Assembly (NCBI RefSeq): GCF_000341395.1
Contig: NC_020304.1
Span: 1,200,001 to 1,232,000 of the forward strand
Length of the DNA stretch: 32,000 nt
Direction: 5' to 3'
From: Desulfocapsa sulfexigens DSM 10523
GTDB taxonomy: Bacteria > Desulfobacterota > Desulfobulbia > Desulfobulbales > Desulfocapsaceae
Shown here: piece by piece, positions 7,651 through 18,304 of the stretch
Layout: the number at the start of each line of letters is the position of its first letter
Numbering within the stretch: position 1 is the first letter of the stretch
Program-made: the position numbers and the translations under genes
Notes under the pieces: model-generated
What the model saw: the letters and a program-made list of their open reading frames with translations, nothing else
Told to the model about the DNA's origin: nothing
The model's database searches: none

Positions 7651-7705
7651 ACAACGGTCAATTATATAATAAGTAACGGTTAGATCAAAGGAGAAGCAAG
7701 CAGGG

Positions 7706-8887
7706 ATGAATCAACAACCCGTAATTCTTTGTGTTGATAACGAGCCCATCAATCTTTCACTAATGGAGGCGGTGCTGGCGCCTCAAGGTTTTCTGATCGT
7801 GCTCGCTCAGGATGGGAAGACGGCTTTGGACAGATTGCACAGCGAACGGGTCGATCTGGTGCTGATGGATGTGATGATGCCGGAGATGGATGGTTTTGAG
7901 GTCTGCCGCCGGATCAAAGCCGACAGTGCGACTTGGGCTATTCCTGTACTCTTTGTGTCATCTCTAAATGACTCATCCTTTGAAATCATGGGGCTCGAGC
8001 TGGGGGCAGCTGATTATCTGGTGAAACCCTTTAGTCCTGCCGTGCTTCAGGCACGGGTTAAAACCCAATTGGAGATCAAGGCACACAGTGATCTCTTGGA
8101 GGAACTGGCCGCAGAGCGTGCCCGGCAATTGATCCACGCCGAACGTCTATCCACCCTCGGTACCCTGGCAGCGGGCATTGCCCACGAGATAAACAACCCG
8201 CTTTCCTACATCTTCAGCTATGCCCAGATGTTGCTTACTGATATGCAGAAACTAAAGAGCCTGATGACTTCTCATGGGGTCTCTGAAACTGCGTTGCGGA
8301 GAGCTTGGCAGGATTTTTTGGAACAGGATGCGGAGGCCCCTGTCAACATAGCCGAGGGTGCCAATCGTATCCTGGTCATCATGGAATCCATACGCAAATT
8401 TTCCTGCCAGGGACAGAGGGAAAAGGTTCCGGTCTCCATGGTTGTCTGTATCGAAAACGCCCTTTCCCTCTGTAACAATGCCCTGAAATACCATGTGACC
8501 GTCGACAAGAAGTTGGCGCCTGGCCTGGATCCGGTCATAGCCAATGGCCAGCAATTAGAGCAGGTCTTTGTCAATCTCTTTAAAAATGCCGCTGATGCCA
8601 TGGACGCTAAGAAAAAAGGGACGCTGTCCATTACTCTGGACCAGGCCAACGGGTTTATCCGCTGCACCGTGGAAGACAACGGACCCGGGATTGAGCCGCA
8701 GCAGTTGGAAGCGATCTGGCAACCCTTTTTCACCACTAAAGATGCACAAACGGGAACCGGCCTGGGACTTTCGATCAGCCGGGGTATAATCGAGGAACAT
8801 CAGGGGCGAATCCTGGCTGAGAACCGGGAAGATGTACAAGGGGCACGCTTTGTGGTGGAACTCCCGGTGAGATCGACTAAACAATAA
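7706..8887 (+). CDS. Hybrid response-regulator receiver / histidine kinase (REC-HisKA-HATPase_c), no transmembrane or sensor domain
   Basis: REC motifs are LVLMDVMMPEMDG and YLVKPF. The H-box is AHEINNPL, the N-box is NLFKNAADA, and the G-boxes are DNGPGI and GTGLGLSISRGIIEEHQG. Confidence 0.88.
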   Translation: MNQQPVILCVDNEPINLSLMEAVLAPQGFLIVLAQDGKTALDRLHSERVDLVLMDVMMPEMDGFEVCRRIKADSATWAIPVLFVSSLNDSSFEIMGLELGAADYLVKPFSPAVLQARVKTQLEIKAHSDLLEELAAERARQLIHAERLSTLGTLAAGIAHEINNPLSYIFSYAQMLLTDMQKLKSLMTSHGVSETALRRAWQDFLEQDAEAPVNIAEGANRILVIMESIRKFSCQGQREKVPVSMVVCIENALSLCNNALKYHVTVDKKLAPGLDPVIANGQQLEQVFVNLFKNAADAMDAKKKGTLSITLDQANGFIRCTVEDNGPGIEPQQLEAIWQPFFTTKDAQTGTGLGLSISRGIIEEHQGRILAENREDVQGARFVVELPVRSTKQ

Positions 8888-9146
8888 TAAATCTTGAATA
8901 ATGGTGTTCATGAATTTCTTTGGCGGATTTACCCAGGAATCAACACTCTCCAAAGCAAAACTCACACTGCGGGAATACGACCTGTCAAACCTCGTATATG
9001 ACGCGGTCAGGGCATAAAGTAAAATTTCACAATCCATCCATCATAAGATAATTTATGACTTCATCACGATGCCGCCGCGCTCCAACTTCACGTTCCTGTG
9101 ATATCTGACTGCAATCAAGTTATTATGCCATCAGAAAATATCTGTT

Positions 9147-12100
9147 TTAAACCGCTTCAATCTGCTTTTCATGTGAGTGCTTTTTCAGCATGTAATAGAG
9201 TACAGGCACCGCCATTCGACTCACCAGCAAGGATGCTATCTCACCAAACATAAGCGAAATGGCCAGACCCTGAAAAATTGGATCGGCAAGGATAACCGAG
9301 GCACCAACCATAACAGCAAGAGCGGTCAGTAACATGGGACGAAAACGCACAGCCCCAGCCTCTACAACTGCCTCGGCAAGGGGAAGACCGTGACTGATAC
9401 GAAGCTCAATAAAATCAACCAGAATAATAGAATTTCGCACTACAATTCCGGCACCAGCCATAAAACCTATCATCGATGTGGCGGTAAAGAACGCCCCAAA
9501 GGCCCAGTGAGCTGGTAGAACGCCAATAAGTGAAAAGGGGATGGCAGCCATAACAACAAGGGGCGTATAATAATCCTTAAACCATCCCACCATAAGCATA
9601 TAGATAAGAACCATCACCACACAGAAAGCAAGCCCGAGATCACGAAACACCTCCAGGGTGATATGCCACTCACCATCCCACTTCATGGATGGCTCGACAT
9701 TTGTGAACGGTTGATTCAGGTTATAGACTTCAACTCTGTCACCACTGCCACCAAAGTCGGCGGGGTTGAGCTCGGCAAGCCGTTTGTTCATATCAAGGAT
9801 TGCATAGACCGGACTCTCCACCGTTCCAGCAACATCGCCGGTCACATAAATAACCGGCTTCAAATTCTTACGGTAAATGGGTTGTTCCACCTGCACTTCA
9901 TCAACTCTCACCAGTTCACGCATAGGAACAAGTGGTGCGGAAGGATCCATAGCGGAACGGAGACCGATATTCAACAAGGCCTCGGTGGAGACTCGCATGG
10001 CTCGCGGAAGTTCAAGCACAATACTGATATCCTCCTTGTCGCGGGGCTGATGGAAAATATCAATAGACATCCCCTGCATCCCAATCTGCACTGCACGGGT
10101 GATCTCTCCCGCAGAGATCTGATTTAGGGCTGCCTTTTCCTTGTCAACGGTGAGCACCAGACGACTGCGATCAGCCTCCTGATACCAGTCCACATCAACC
10201 ACTCCTTCCGTGGATTCATAAATATCTTTCACTGCGGCAGCAAGATTTACCCGGTCACTTTCAGTAGGACCATAGATTTCAGACACCAGGGTCTGAAGAA
10301 CCGGAGGACCGGGAGGAACTTCAGCAACAGCCACGGCAGCACCATACTGCTTTGCAATTTCAGCAATTGCCGGGCGCACCCGTACCGCTATATCGTGGCT
10401 CTTCAAGTTTCGTTCATTTTTAGGCAGAAGATTAACCTGAATATCAGCAACCGTTGGCCCCTGACGCATAAAATAATGTCTGACAAGGCCATTAAAATTA
10501 TAGGGAGAAGCCACTCCTGCATACACCTGATAGTTAACCACGGCAGGATCGTGCTTGACCACTTCCGCCATCTCAAGTGCAACCCTGCTTGTCTGCTCAA
10601 GGGTTGAGCCCTCCGGCATATCAAGGATCACCTGAAATTCACTTTTGTTATCAAAAGGCAGCATCTTCACCTTCACCATTCCGAGATACACCATAGAACA
10701 GGCGCCAAGGAGCATGGCTGTAATGATAACAAAAAATACCAACCGAGAAAAACCGCTCGCCAGCAGTGGATCCATCATTCTGTGATAGAACCTGGTGAAG
10801 AAGTCATCTGGAGCATGATCCTCATCAATACCATTTTCCTCAGTTGCACACTCAAGAGAACTGCATTTTTTCCGCAATATACGTATGGAAGCCCAGGGAG
10901 TAACAGTGAATGCAATGATTACCGAGAAAAGCATGGCAGCGGATGCACCAATTGGAATGGGACGCATATAAGGCCCCATAAGCCCACCAACAAAGGCCAT
11001 CGGAAGAATTGCTGCAATAACCGCAAGAGTCGCGAGAATGGTGGGATTTCCAACTTCTATCACCGCTTCCACGGCAATGGTTGTCATTGATTTATCCTTA
11101 CTGCCAGGTAATCGTATGTGACGCACAATATTTTCCACCACCACGATGGCATCATCCACCAGAATACCTATGGAGAAAATCAGAGCAAAAAGAGTAATGC
11201 GATTGAGTGTATAGCCATAGAGATAGAACACCATCAAGGTGAGGGCCAGAGTTGAAGGGATGGCCAACATGACCACCGTGGACTCTCGCCAGCCAAGAAA
11301 AAAGAGGATGAGAACGGCCACACCAAAGACAGCAATTCCCATATGAAGGAGAAGCTCATTGGATTTTTCAGCAGCCGTTTCACCGTAATTCCTGGTCACA
11401 GCAACTGAGATATCAGCTGGAATTAATGTGCCCTTAAGGCTATCCACCTTCTCAAGGACTTCATCCACCACACTCACGGCATTCGACCCGGGTCGTTTGG
11501 CAATGGAGAGGGTGACAGCTGCCTCCTCGGTATGACCATCAGCCGTTCCAAAAAGAACGTAATTATCAGGCTCTTCCGGCCCGTCAAGGATGGTAGCAAC
11601 CTCATCAAGATACACAGGGCTGCCGCCATATACTCCAACAACAATCCGGCCAATCTCCTGACTGTCCTTTAAAAACACCCCTGTCTGCAGGAGTATCTCC
11701 TGATTCATCACAGCCACCTTACCACTGTGACTCTGACGATTGGCCTGCTGCAGAGCGGGGATCAGTTGTGATACCGTGAGATTGCGGGAGGCTAGAAGCA
11801 GTGGGTCAAACTGAACACGAACCTCTCTTCTAGTGCCGCCAATCAAGGTTGTCTCCGCTACGTTATGGATGCTTTTTACAGCATCATCCACTTCCGCAGC
11901 AAGACGACGCAGGGCAAAATGATCATAGGTTTGGGAGTGGAAGGTGAGCGCCAGTATGGGAACATCATCAATAATATGTGGCTTCACAATCGGCGTGGAA
12001 ACACCATGGGGAATGCGATCAAAGTTGGTAGCCAGTTTCTGATTCAGACGAACAATGGAGCTCTCCAGATTTTCACCTACATAAAAACGCACCACCAACA

Positions 12101-12401
12101 GACTCTGGCCAGCCATAGAGGTGGAGTAAATGTACTCCACACCAGGGAGTTCGTAGAGAAGCTTTTCCATGGGAATAGAAACACGCTGTTCCACTTCCTT
12201 GGGGGTGGCCCCCTCCATGGAAACCATGACATCAATCATGGGTACCTTGATCTGCGGTTCCTCTTCACGTGGCAACAGCACCAAAGCCATAAGTCCAAGC
12301 AGCATGGAAGCTAGAATGCCAACAGCCGTCAGTTTGGAATCAACAAAGGCGGCTGCCATTTTTCCGGCAAAACCCGGATGTTCGAATTCCTGGCTTTTCA
12401 T
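9147..12401 (-). CDS. RND-family efflux transporter permease (AcrB/CzcA superfamily)
   Basis: 1084 aa with a large-periplasmic-loop / 12-TM-like architecture. It has the conserved TM4 motif [14 protein letters not shown]. There is a 4-nt overlap with the upstream adaptor gene. Confidence 0.9.
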   Translation of the reverse strand: MKSQEFEHPGFAGKMAAAFVDSKLTAVGILASMLLGLMALVLLPREEEPQIKVPMIDVMVSMEGATPKEVEQRVSIPMEKLLYELPGVEYIYSTSMAGQSLLVVRFYVGENLESSIVRLNQKLATNFDRIPHGVSTPIVKPHIIDDVPILALTFHSQTYDHFALRRLAAEVDDAVKSIHNVAETTLIGGTRREVRVQFDPLLLASRNLTVSQLIPALQQANRQSHSGKVAVMNQEILLQTGVFLKDSQEIGRIVVGVYGGSPVYLDEVATILDGPEEPDNYVLFGTADGHTEEAAVTLSIAKRPGSNAVSVVDEVLEKVDSLKGTLIPADISVAVTRNYGETAAEKSNELLLHMGIAVFGVAVLILFFLGWRESTVVMLAIPSTLALTLMVFYLYGYTLNRITLFALIFSIGILVDDAIVVVENIVRHIRLPGSKDKSMTTIAVEAVIEVGNPTILATLAVIAAILPMAFVGGLMGPYMRPIPIGASAAMLFSVIIAFTVTPWASIRILRKKCSSLECATEENGIDEDHAPDDFFTRFYHRMMDPLLASGFSRLVFFVIITAMLLGACSMVYLGMVKVKMLPFDNKSEFQVILDMPEGSTLEQTSRVALEMAEVVKHDPAVVNYQVYAGVASPYNFNGLVRHYFMRQGPTVADIQVNLLPKNERNLKSHDIAVRVRPAIAEIAKQYGAAVAVAEVPPGPPVLQTLVSEIYGPTESDRVNLAAAVKDIYESTEGVVDVDWYQEADRSRLVLTVDKEKAALNQISAGEITRAVQIGMQGMSIDIFHQPRDKEDISIVLELPRAMRVSTEALLNIGLRSAMDPSAPLVPMRELVRVDEVQVEQPIYRKNLKPVIYVTGDVAGTVESPVYAILDMNKRLAELNPADFGGSGDRVEVYNLNQPFTNVEPSMKWDGEWHITLEVFRDLGLAFCVVMVLIYMLMVGWFKDYYTPLVVMAAIPFSLIGVLPAHWAFGAFFTATSMIGFMAGAGIVVRNSIILVDFIELRISHGLPLAEAVVEAGAVRFRPMLLTALAVMVGASVILADPIFQGLAISLMFGEIASLLVSRMAVPVLYYMLKKHSHEKQIEAV

Positions 12402-13447
12402 TTGTTCGTAATATCCAAAGGTTGCCCATCCTGCAACTTATCGTTATTTCCAACAACAACCAGATCACCTGGTTCAAGTCCGGATATAATTTCAACCGCA
12501 CCATCATAGACAGCACCGGTTCTTACCAATCGCATACGGGCAATTTTTTCTTTTTTATCAACCACAAAAACAACTTCCATCTGTCCCCTTTGCAAAACAG
12601 CAGATTCAGTGATCATTACAGTTGTTTCCCCGCTTCCCTCAAGACCGATGCGGGCAAACTGCCCCACCCGAAGATCAGGACCGGATGGTATATTAATTTT
12701 CACCGGAGCTGTACGAGACATGGGGTCGGCAGCTGGGGCAACTTCAGCCACCTCACCAATCAGGATAAGATTGGCGGCCGGAATATCAACGGAGAGGCTG
12801 TCCCCCACGGAAACCTTAAGCAGAAGCGCCTCAGGAACCTGTGCTAGAACTTGCAAATCTTCACCATTTTCTATTTGCAGCAACAGTTTTCCCGGAGCTG
12901 CCAGGTCTCCGATGTTTGCTATCTTGTTGGTGATGGTTCCAGAAAAAGGAGCTGTAATTGTAGTATAATCCAACATGGTCCGAGCCTCTTTATAAGCAGC
13001 CTCTGCAATACGGGTAACATCCGTCAGAGTCTTCACCGTTTCCTCGGTGGACGCTCCCTGTTTCTGGAGATTTTTCTCTCGTGCAAGATTACGACGGGCC
13101 TGAGATAGTTGTGCCTCCGCCTGCAGGAGCTTGGCTGAAATTTCACCAGCACTGATTTTAACCAGAATATCTCCCTGCTCTACCCTGGAACCGAGAACAA
13201 CGGGTAGTTCAATGATCTGCCCGGAAATTCGTGATGAAATTGAGGCTCTCTCAACAGCCTCCAGAGTCCCCACAACTTCGATACGGGATCGAACAAGCTC
13301 CTCCCTAACCAGATCCACTTCCACAGCCAGAGTTGCCAGGGGGATAGCCTCTGATTTTGGGTGTTCTTCCTGCCCCTTACACCCGGGAAAAACGAAAATA
13401 CCACAGAGGAGCAGTGCTCCAAACACCGTATTATTCCAGCTCATCAC
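12398..13447 (-). CDS. RND efflux periplasmic adaptor (membrane-fusion protein, HlyD family)
   Basis: 349 aa with an N-terminal signal/lipobox-like FPGC. It has a coiled-coil region and [12 protein letters not shown] typical of MFPs. It overlaps both neighbouring genes. Confidence 0.88.
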   Translation of the reverse strand: MMSWNNTVFGALLLCGIFVFPGCKGQEEHPKSEAIPLATLAVEVDLVREELVRSRIEVVGTLEAVERASISSRISGQIIELPVVLGSRVEQGDILVKISAGEISAKLLQAEAQLSQARRNLAREKNLQKQGASTEETVKTLTDVTRIAEAAYKEARTMLDYTTITAPFSGTITNKIANIGDLAAPGKLLLQIENGEDLQVLAQVPEALLLKVSVGDSLSVDIPAANLILIGEVAEVAPAADPMSRTAPVKINIPSGPDLRVGQFARIGLEGSGETTVMITESAVLQRGQMEVVFVVDKKEKIARMRLVRTGAVYDGAVEIISGLEPGDLVVVGNNDKLQDGQPLDITNK

Positions 13448-14796
13448 CTGCTCTCTCCTTCCATTGTCATTTCTTCAAACTGCGGTAAACCCATTGCCCT
13501 TCGTAGGTCCGCACTTGCCACTTTGATGTTTCCACGAGCCATGCTCTGCCTGACAAGTGCATCGGTGAGTCGCATCTCGACATCTATAAGATCAGAAGAG
13601 AGAATTACTCCCTCCTTGAATCTACTTCTACTGAGACGTGCACTTTCCTCGGCCTGTTCAACCATTTTTCGCGTTACTTCCAGGCGCTGCACAGCTTGAC
13701 GATAATTGAGATCCGCCTGTTTTATTTCAAGATCCATACTAAGTTCAAGTTTTGTACGTTGCAGGCGAATACTTGAAAGCGCAGCCATGGCTTTTGCCAC
13801 ATCTGCAGAGGTGCGATTACCCTCAAAAAGACGGTAGTTAAGCTTTACCCCTGCCATCCAGGAATCGCCACTTCCATCGATGACATACCCCTTATCGTAC
13901 TGGTAGGATGCAAAACCATCCACAGTGGGAAGATTCCCACCACGAGCAGCCTCCAGACTTGCTATGGCGGCCTCCTCTGCATACTCAAGAATCCGGAGTT
14001 CTGGACGCAGCCTGTAGGAGCGTTCCTTCGGGATTGATTGATTATCCCCCTGGGTTGGATCAATGTTCACGGCACCATCTTTGAGACCCAGCAAGTTGAG
14101 AAATACCTTCTGAGAAAGCTCCAGACCATGTCTTGCAAGAATAAGATCTTCACTGGCACTGGACTCCTGCACTTCGAGATTGAGCAAATCAGCCTTTAAA
14201 AGGTCACCCGCGGCATAACGTGCCCGGGCAACGGCCACAGAGGCACGGATAGCTGCAAGAGATGCATTCCTTGCCGCAAGCGTCTCCTCCGCCTGAGCTA
14301 TGGATTGGAAACTCCGGACCACTTCAAAGGCAAGGCGGGAATGGACTTTTTCGAGCTCTGCACGGGACTGGGCAACTCCAGCCTCAGCCACCTCAACACC
14401 AGCCTGATCACGACCGCCGTTATACAAACGATACTCAAGACCGGCTCTCAGATTCAGATCATCGGTACGTCCAGGATCATTGAAGTCAATGGAAGGGCTG
14501 AATGTGCCCTGATTGAGAATATTACCAAAAGAATACATGGGGTTGTTAGTCTGCCCGTACTGACCCGATATATCCGCACTTGGGTAATAGGCAACCCTTG
14601 CCTGATCGACCACAGCATTGGCCATATTTATCCGCTCCAGTGCGACACGGCTGTCCGGACTGTTGGCAAGCGAAAACGCAACACTGTTTCTGGCAGTCCA
14701 GAGGTCAGGGACAACGGGAGTATCTCCTGAAGCTACCGAAATAACAGGACCCGCAAGGAATAAAAACAACAAGATAGCACTTCCCGGTTTGTTCAT
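13444..14796 (-). CDS. TolC-family outer-membrane efflux protein
   Basis: It has a two-repeat OEP-type sequence and the signal peptide MNKPGSAILLFLFLAGPVISVASG. ATG 14796 is preferred over the TTG at 14844 that opens the listed ORF. Confidence 0.85.
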   Translation of the reverse strand: MNKPGSAILLFLFLAGPVISVASGDTPVVPDLWTARNSVAFSLANSPDSRVALERINMANAVVDQARVAYYPSADISGQYGQTNNPMYSFGNILNQGTFSPSIDFNDPGRTDDLNLRAGLEYRLYNGGRDQAGVEVAEAGVAQSRAELEKVHSRLAFEVVRSFQSIAQAEETLAARNASLAAIRASVAVARARYAAGDLLKADLLNLEVQESSASEDLILARHGLELSQKVFLNLLGLKDGAVNIDPTQGDNQSIPKERSYRLRPELRILEYAEEAAIASLEAARGGNLPTVDGFASYQYDKGYVIDGSGDSWMAGVKLNYRLFEGNRTSADVAKAMAALSSIRLQRTKLELSMDLEIKQADLNYRQAVQRLEVTRKMVEQAEESARLSRSRFKEGVILSSDLIDVEMRLTDALVRQSMARGNIKVASADLRRAMGLPQFEEMTMEGESR

Positions 14797-14986
14797 AAAA
14801 AAGACTCTCTTATTATAGAAGGATTGAAATCTCTTCAGGTGCAAAAAGAACGCATCTATTTAACGAAAAACTTAAAGTCTACCCCATGTCACGCCGTAAC
14901 ACAAGAAAGAAAGCGAGAACCTTTCTCCAGTAAAACTACATTTTAGCGGATACGCGATGAAATTTGAAGAGAAAAGAAAGGTGAAC

Positions 14987-15727
14987 TTAAAGGATCTGTT
15001 CCAGGAATTTTTTTGTCCGATCATTTTCGGGAGCATCAAAAAAGTGATCCGGAGCGGCAATTTCAATAATTCTGCCCTCATCCATAAAGACCACCTTATC
15101 TGCGACCTCACGGGCAAACCCCATTTCATGAGTAACCACCACCATGGTCATGCCCTCACGAGCAAGGGTTACCATAACCTCCAACACCTCACCAATCATT
15201 TCAGGGTCCAGTGCCGATGTCGGTTCGTCAAAGAGCATAATTTTAGGGTTCATGGCCAGCGCCCGGGCGATAGCGACACGCTGCTGCTGACCACCTGAGA
15301 GCTGAACTGGATAACTGGCAGCTTTATCAACAAGACCAACCTTATCGAGAAGCTCCATTGCCCTTTTTTCCGCCTGTGGTTTAGGTTCCTTTTTGAGTTT
15401 TATAGGGGCAAGAGTCAGATTATCAAGAACAGTTTTATGACGGAAAAGATTAAAACTCTGGAAAACCATACCAACCTCTTCCCGAATACGATTGATATCA
15501 TTTTGAGGATCACAAAGATCCCGACCATCAACGACGATGGAACCAGAACTAATCTCCTCCAGCTGATTGATGGTTCGCAGGAGAGTGGATTTGCCGGAAC
15601 CGGATGGACCCAGAACCACGACTTTTTGCCCGGTTTCAACTGTAAGGGATACATCAGCAAGAGCCTGAAATGTACCAAAAAACTTATTAACGTTCCGGAT
15701 CGAAATAATGGGATTAGCGGCGTTCAT
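14987..15727 (-). CDS. Polar amino-acid ABC transporter ATP-binding protein (GlnQ/HisP-like)
   Basis: Walker A is GPSGSGKST, the signature is [15 protein letters not shown], and Walker B is [11 protein letters not shown]. Confidence 0.92.
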   Translation of the reverse strand: MNAANPIISIRNVNKFFGTFQALADVSLTVETGQKVVVLGPSGSGKSTLLRTINQLEEISSGSIVVDGRDLCDPQNDINRIREEVGMVFQSFNLFRHKTVLDNLTLAPIKLKKEPKPQAEKRAMELLDKVGLVDKAASYPVQLSGGQQQRVAIARALAMNPKIMLFDEPTSALDPEMIGEVLEVMVTLAREGMTMVVVTHEMGFAREVADKVVFMDEGRIIEIAAPDHFFDAPENDRTKKFLEQIL

Positions 15728-16499
15728 AATGGCTCAATCGGTTTTCCATATTACTGAGAAGTTTAGAAAGCACCAGGGTAATAAGAAGATAGACCAGGGC
15801 AATCATTGTATAGGTCTCGAAGTATAAAAAGGACTCGGAGGCGAACTCACGGCCACGGCGCAGGATATCAGAAACGGCGAGAATGGATACGAGAGAGGTA
15901 TCCTTTAAAAGGGCGATAAACTCGTTACCGACAGGCGGGAGAATTGTTCGCCACGCCTGGGGCAAAATGACATAGCGCATGGTTTGTGAGCGGTTAAAAC
16001 CCAAAGAGAGGGAGGCTTCTGTCTGTCCATCATCAATAGAATTAATACCTGCCCTGAACACCTCCCCCATGTATGCACCATAACAAAATCCCATGGCAAT
16101 AATCGCCGCCACCAGGTCCGGAACCCGGACCAGATGACCAAGGGCAAAGTAAATATAGAAGAGCTGAACAAGGAGTGGAATGCCACGCACTACTTCAATA
16201 TAAGTGGAAGCTGCGAGATTAAAAAACCTGTTTTTTGATATGCGGCCAAGTCCTGCAATAAGCCCGAGAACAAGGGCAAGTGCGATTGAGGCACAGGTTA
16301 CCTTGAAGGTTATCACAATACCATCCGGCAGGTATTTCAGGATAGCAAGATAAGGATCTGGTTTGGTTATCACAAGGAAGGCCATAATGGCCAAAGTCCC
16401 GAAAAACGATATCCGCCAGGCCGTAAACAGGCCAATGTCTTCGGGGTCAGGAATAGCAGCTCCATCACCAACATCAATAACTACTTTTTTTTCTCTCAT
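15714..16499 (-). CDS. Polar amino-acid ABC transporter permease (His/Glu/Gln/Arg/opine family)
   Basis: It has multiple TM segments and the EAA-loop-like sequence [23 protein letters not shown]. It overlaps the ATPase gene by 14 nt. Confidence 0.9.
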   Translation of the reverse strand: MREKKVVIDVGDGAAIPDPEDIGLFTAWRISFFGTLAIMAFLVITKPDPYLAILKYLPDGIVITFKVTCASIALALVLGLIAGLGRISKNRFFNLAASTYIEVVRGIPLLVQLFYIYFALGHLVRVPDLVAAIIAMGFCYGAYMGEVFRAGINSIDDGQTEASLSLGFNRSQTMRYVILPQAWRTILPPVGNEFIALLKDTSLVSILAVSDILRRGREFASESFLYFETYTMIALVYLLITLVLSKLLSNMENRLSHYERR

Positions 16500-16538
16500 C
16501 GCACTTTCTATTCAACGGATACTCTTAAAATGAAAAAT

Positions 16539-16570
16539 CCGAGCTATTCTTCATAAGAAGAACAGCTCGG
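16539..16570 (-). terminator. Intercistronic terminator/attenuator-like hairpin between the binding-protein and permease genes
   Basis: The inverted repeat is CCGAGCT..TTCTTC-ATAA-GAAGAA..AGCTCGG. On the minus strand it is followed by a U-rich run (ATTTTTCATTTT). Confidence 0.45.
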
Positions 16571-16630
16571 ATAAAAAAAACAAATCAGATGGTTTCAGAG
16601 AGCACAAGAGCCACCTGAAACAATTCTAAA

Positions 16631-17365
16631 TTATTGACCTATCCATTTTTGCTGTAATTCCTGGACATAGGGAGTTTTAGCAACATCCTCAATCCCCTTA
16701 CTTACAAGATCAAGAACCTCTTTATTTCCTTTTTTCACGGCAATTCCGTAAAACTCAACCTCTCCGGTCTCGATTGTAGAAGCAATTTTCAAACTTCCCT
16801 TGTACTTGTCCATTGCGTAATTTGCAGCAACAGGATCATCACAGACAACGGCAGATATACGACCCACATTCAGATCTTCCATGGCAAGGCCAACCTCATC
16901 GTATGATTTTGCCTCAACACCATCGGCTGCCTTAATGGCAAAATACCCGGTGGTACCAATCTGGGCACCAACTTTTTGTCCTTTGAGATCCTCAAAGCTT
17001 TTTGCGTTAGAGTCTGCTGGAACAATCAGAGCCTGGCGCACCTTAAAGTAGGGAGTGGAAAAATCCATGGTCTCTTGACGTTTCTCGGTGATGGAAACAG
17101 AAGAACAGATCGCGTCATACTTTCCAGTGGCAAGGCCCGCAAAAATCCCATCCCATGCAACATTTTTAAATACTGGAGTAAACCCAGCCGCCTTTGCTGC
17201 TGCTGTCATATAGTCTATAGAGTATCCGACAATCTGTTTGTCACTATCCATGAATTCCATCGGAGGCCAGGTTGCATCAACTGCAAAAATAATGGTTTTC
17301 TGTGCCATTGCCGTGCTGGCTACACACAAAAACAAAGCCAGAGTCAGTATTATTTTTTTTGCCAT
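16631..17365 (-). CDS. Amino-acid ABC transporter periplasmic substrate-binding protein (SBP_bac_3 type)
   Basis: 244 aa with the signal peptide MAKKIILTLALFLCVASTAMA. The family-3 SBP-like sequence is DATWPPMEF...GYSIDY. It shares an operon context with the permease and ATPase. Confidence 0.88.
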   Translation of the reverse strand: MAKKIILTLALFLCVASTAMAQKTIIFAVDATWPPMEFMDSDKQIVGYSIDYMTAAAKAAGFTPVFKNVAWDGIFAGLATGKYDAICSSVSITEKRQETMDFSTPYFKVRQALIVPADSNAKSFEDLKGQKVGAQIGTTGYFAIKAADGVEAKSYDEVGLAMEDLNVGRISAVVCDDPVAANYAMDKYKGSLKIASTIETGEVEFYGIAVKKGNKEVLDLVSKGIEDVAKTPYVQELQQKWIGQ

Positions 17366-17507
17366 TTTCTTCTCCCTGTAAAATTAAATAACATGTGGCA
17401 GAAATCCTCCGCCTAATTCGGACTTAGACTGAAATAAAAATCGATACCACGATCATTCTCCAGTGGCAAGACAATTATCTGTAAGTTGTGGCAGAGGTGG
17501 AAATTTC

Positions 17508-17535
17508 TTGACCTCTTTTCTTTTACGACTAGAAT
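17508..17535 (+). promoter_or_regulatory. Sigma-70-like promoter for the pal-like gene
   Basis: TTGACC (17508-17513), a 16-nt spacer, then TAGAAT (17530-17535), about 65 nt upstream of the start codon. Confidence 0.4.
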
Positions 17536-17602
17536 GTAAGCCAGTAGAGACACAACTATTTTCTCCATCCAAAATCTTTATTTTTTCGAAATGAGGCATT
17601 TT

Positions 17603-18220
17603 ATGAATCCAATGGCTAAATCAGCTTTTATCACCACCGCCCTTTTCTGTTCGATTGTGATGCTGAGCTCGTGCAGTAAAAAAAGCGTTATCCCACCAGA
17701 AGGATCGCCGGCTGATGGAACTGCGATGTCCGGCGGAACCAATATTGACTATCCTGCTGCTGACCAATATGCAGAAACTGGCCTGGCCGGGGAAGAACCA
17801 ATAAACTCAACAGGAAGCGGAGGACTATCTTTCAACGATGGCTCTGACCAGCAATCAGAAGAATACCGCAGAACCTATGGTCGTTCTTCAACAGTATTCA
17901 GCCCTATCTATTTTGATTTTGATCAGGCTGGAATTAACACAAAAATGGCCCCCATTCTCAACGCTAACGCAAATTACATGAAGGACAACCCCGGTATTAT
18001 TATCGTTATTGAAGGAAATTCTGACGAACGAGGAACCAATGAATACAACCTGGCACTTGCTGAGCGCCGCGCCATTAACGCTAAAGAATATATGGTAAAC
18101 CTTGGTGTTAATCCAGCTCGTATCCGTACAGTAAGCTATGGTGAAGAGCGTCAGCTTTTCCTAGGCCAAAACGAACAGGACTGGGCTCAAAACAGACGTG
18201 CTGATTTTATTGTAGAATAA
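17603..18220 (+). CDS. OmpA-family peptidoglycan-associated lipoprotein (Pal-like)
   Basis: It has the lipobox LSSC after a hydrophobic signal. The C-terminal OmpA domain reads EGNSDERGTNEYNLALAERRA...RRADF. The start is ambiguous (17591, 17603 or 17612); 17603 has GAGG 6 nt upstream. Confidence 0.85.
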   Translation: MNPMAKSAFITTALFCSIVMLSSCSKKSVIPPEGSPADGTAMSGGTNIDYPAADQYAETGLAGEEPINSTGSGGLSFNDGSDQQSEEYRRTYGRSSTVFSPIYFDFDQAGINTKMAPILNANANYMKDNPGIIIVIEGNSDERGTNEYNLALAERRAINAKEYMVNLGVNPARIRTVSYGEERQLFLGQNEQDWAQNRRADFIVE

Positions 18221-18241
18221 GTACGCAGCGGTACTGAAAAC

Positions 18242-18285
18242 AAAAAAAAGGGATTGGAAAATAAACTTTCCAATCCCTTTTTTTT
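18242..18285. terminator. Bidirectional rho-independent terminator between the convergent pal-like and cmk genes
   Basis: A8, then GGGATTGGAAA, the loop ATAAAC, then TTTCCAATCCC, then T8. The 11-bp stem has an A-run on one side and a T-run on the other. Confidence 0.8.
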
Positions 18286-18304
18286 ATTGTAGTATCGCGC
18301 CCCC

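Noticed and set aside
8901-9017. 38-aa plus-strand ORF (MVFMNFFGGFTQES...) in the kinase / RND convergent gap
   Set aside because: It has no SD, no recognisable features, and nothing to distinguish it from a chance ORF.
8555-9037. 160-aa minus-strand ORF, plus 8272..8736 and 8252..8554
   Set aside because: They lie antisense to the well-supported REC-histidine kinase gene. They have no SD and an odd composition, so they are shadow ORFs of a GC-rich gene.
9663-13699. Numerous plus-strand ORFs (for example 9663..10127, 10782..11090, 11865..12314, 12422..12847, 13131..13526)
   Set aside because: All are antisense shadows inside the RND permease, adaptor and TolC genes. They have low-complexity or implausible sequences and no family resemblance.
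14904-14926. AGAAAG-N11-CTTTCT hairpin downstream of the ABC ATPase gene, considered as a possible terminator
   Set aside because: The 6-bp AT-rich stem with an 11-nt loop is too weak to call.
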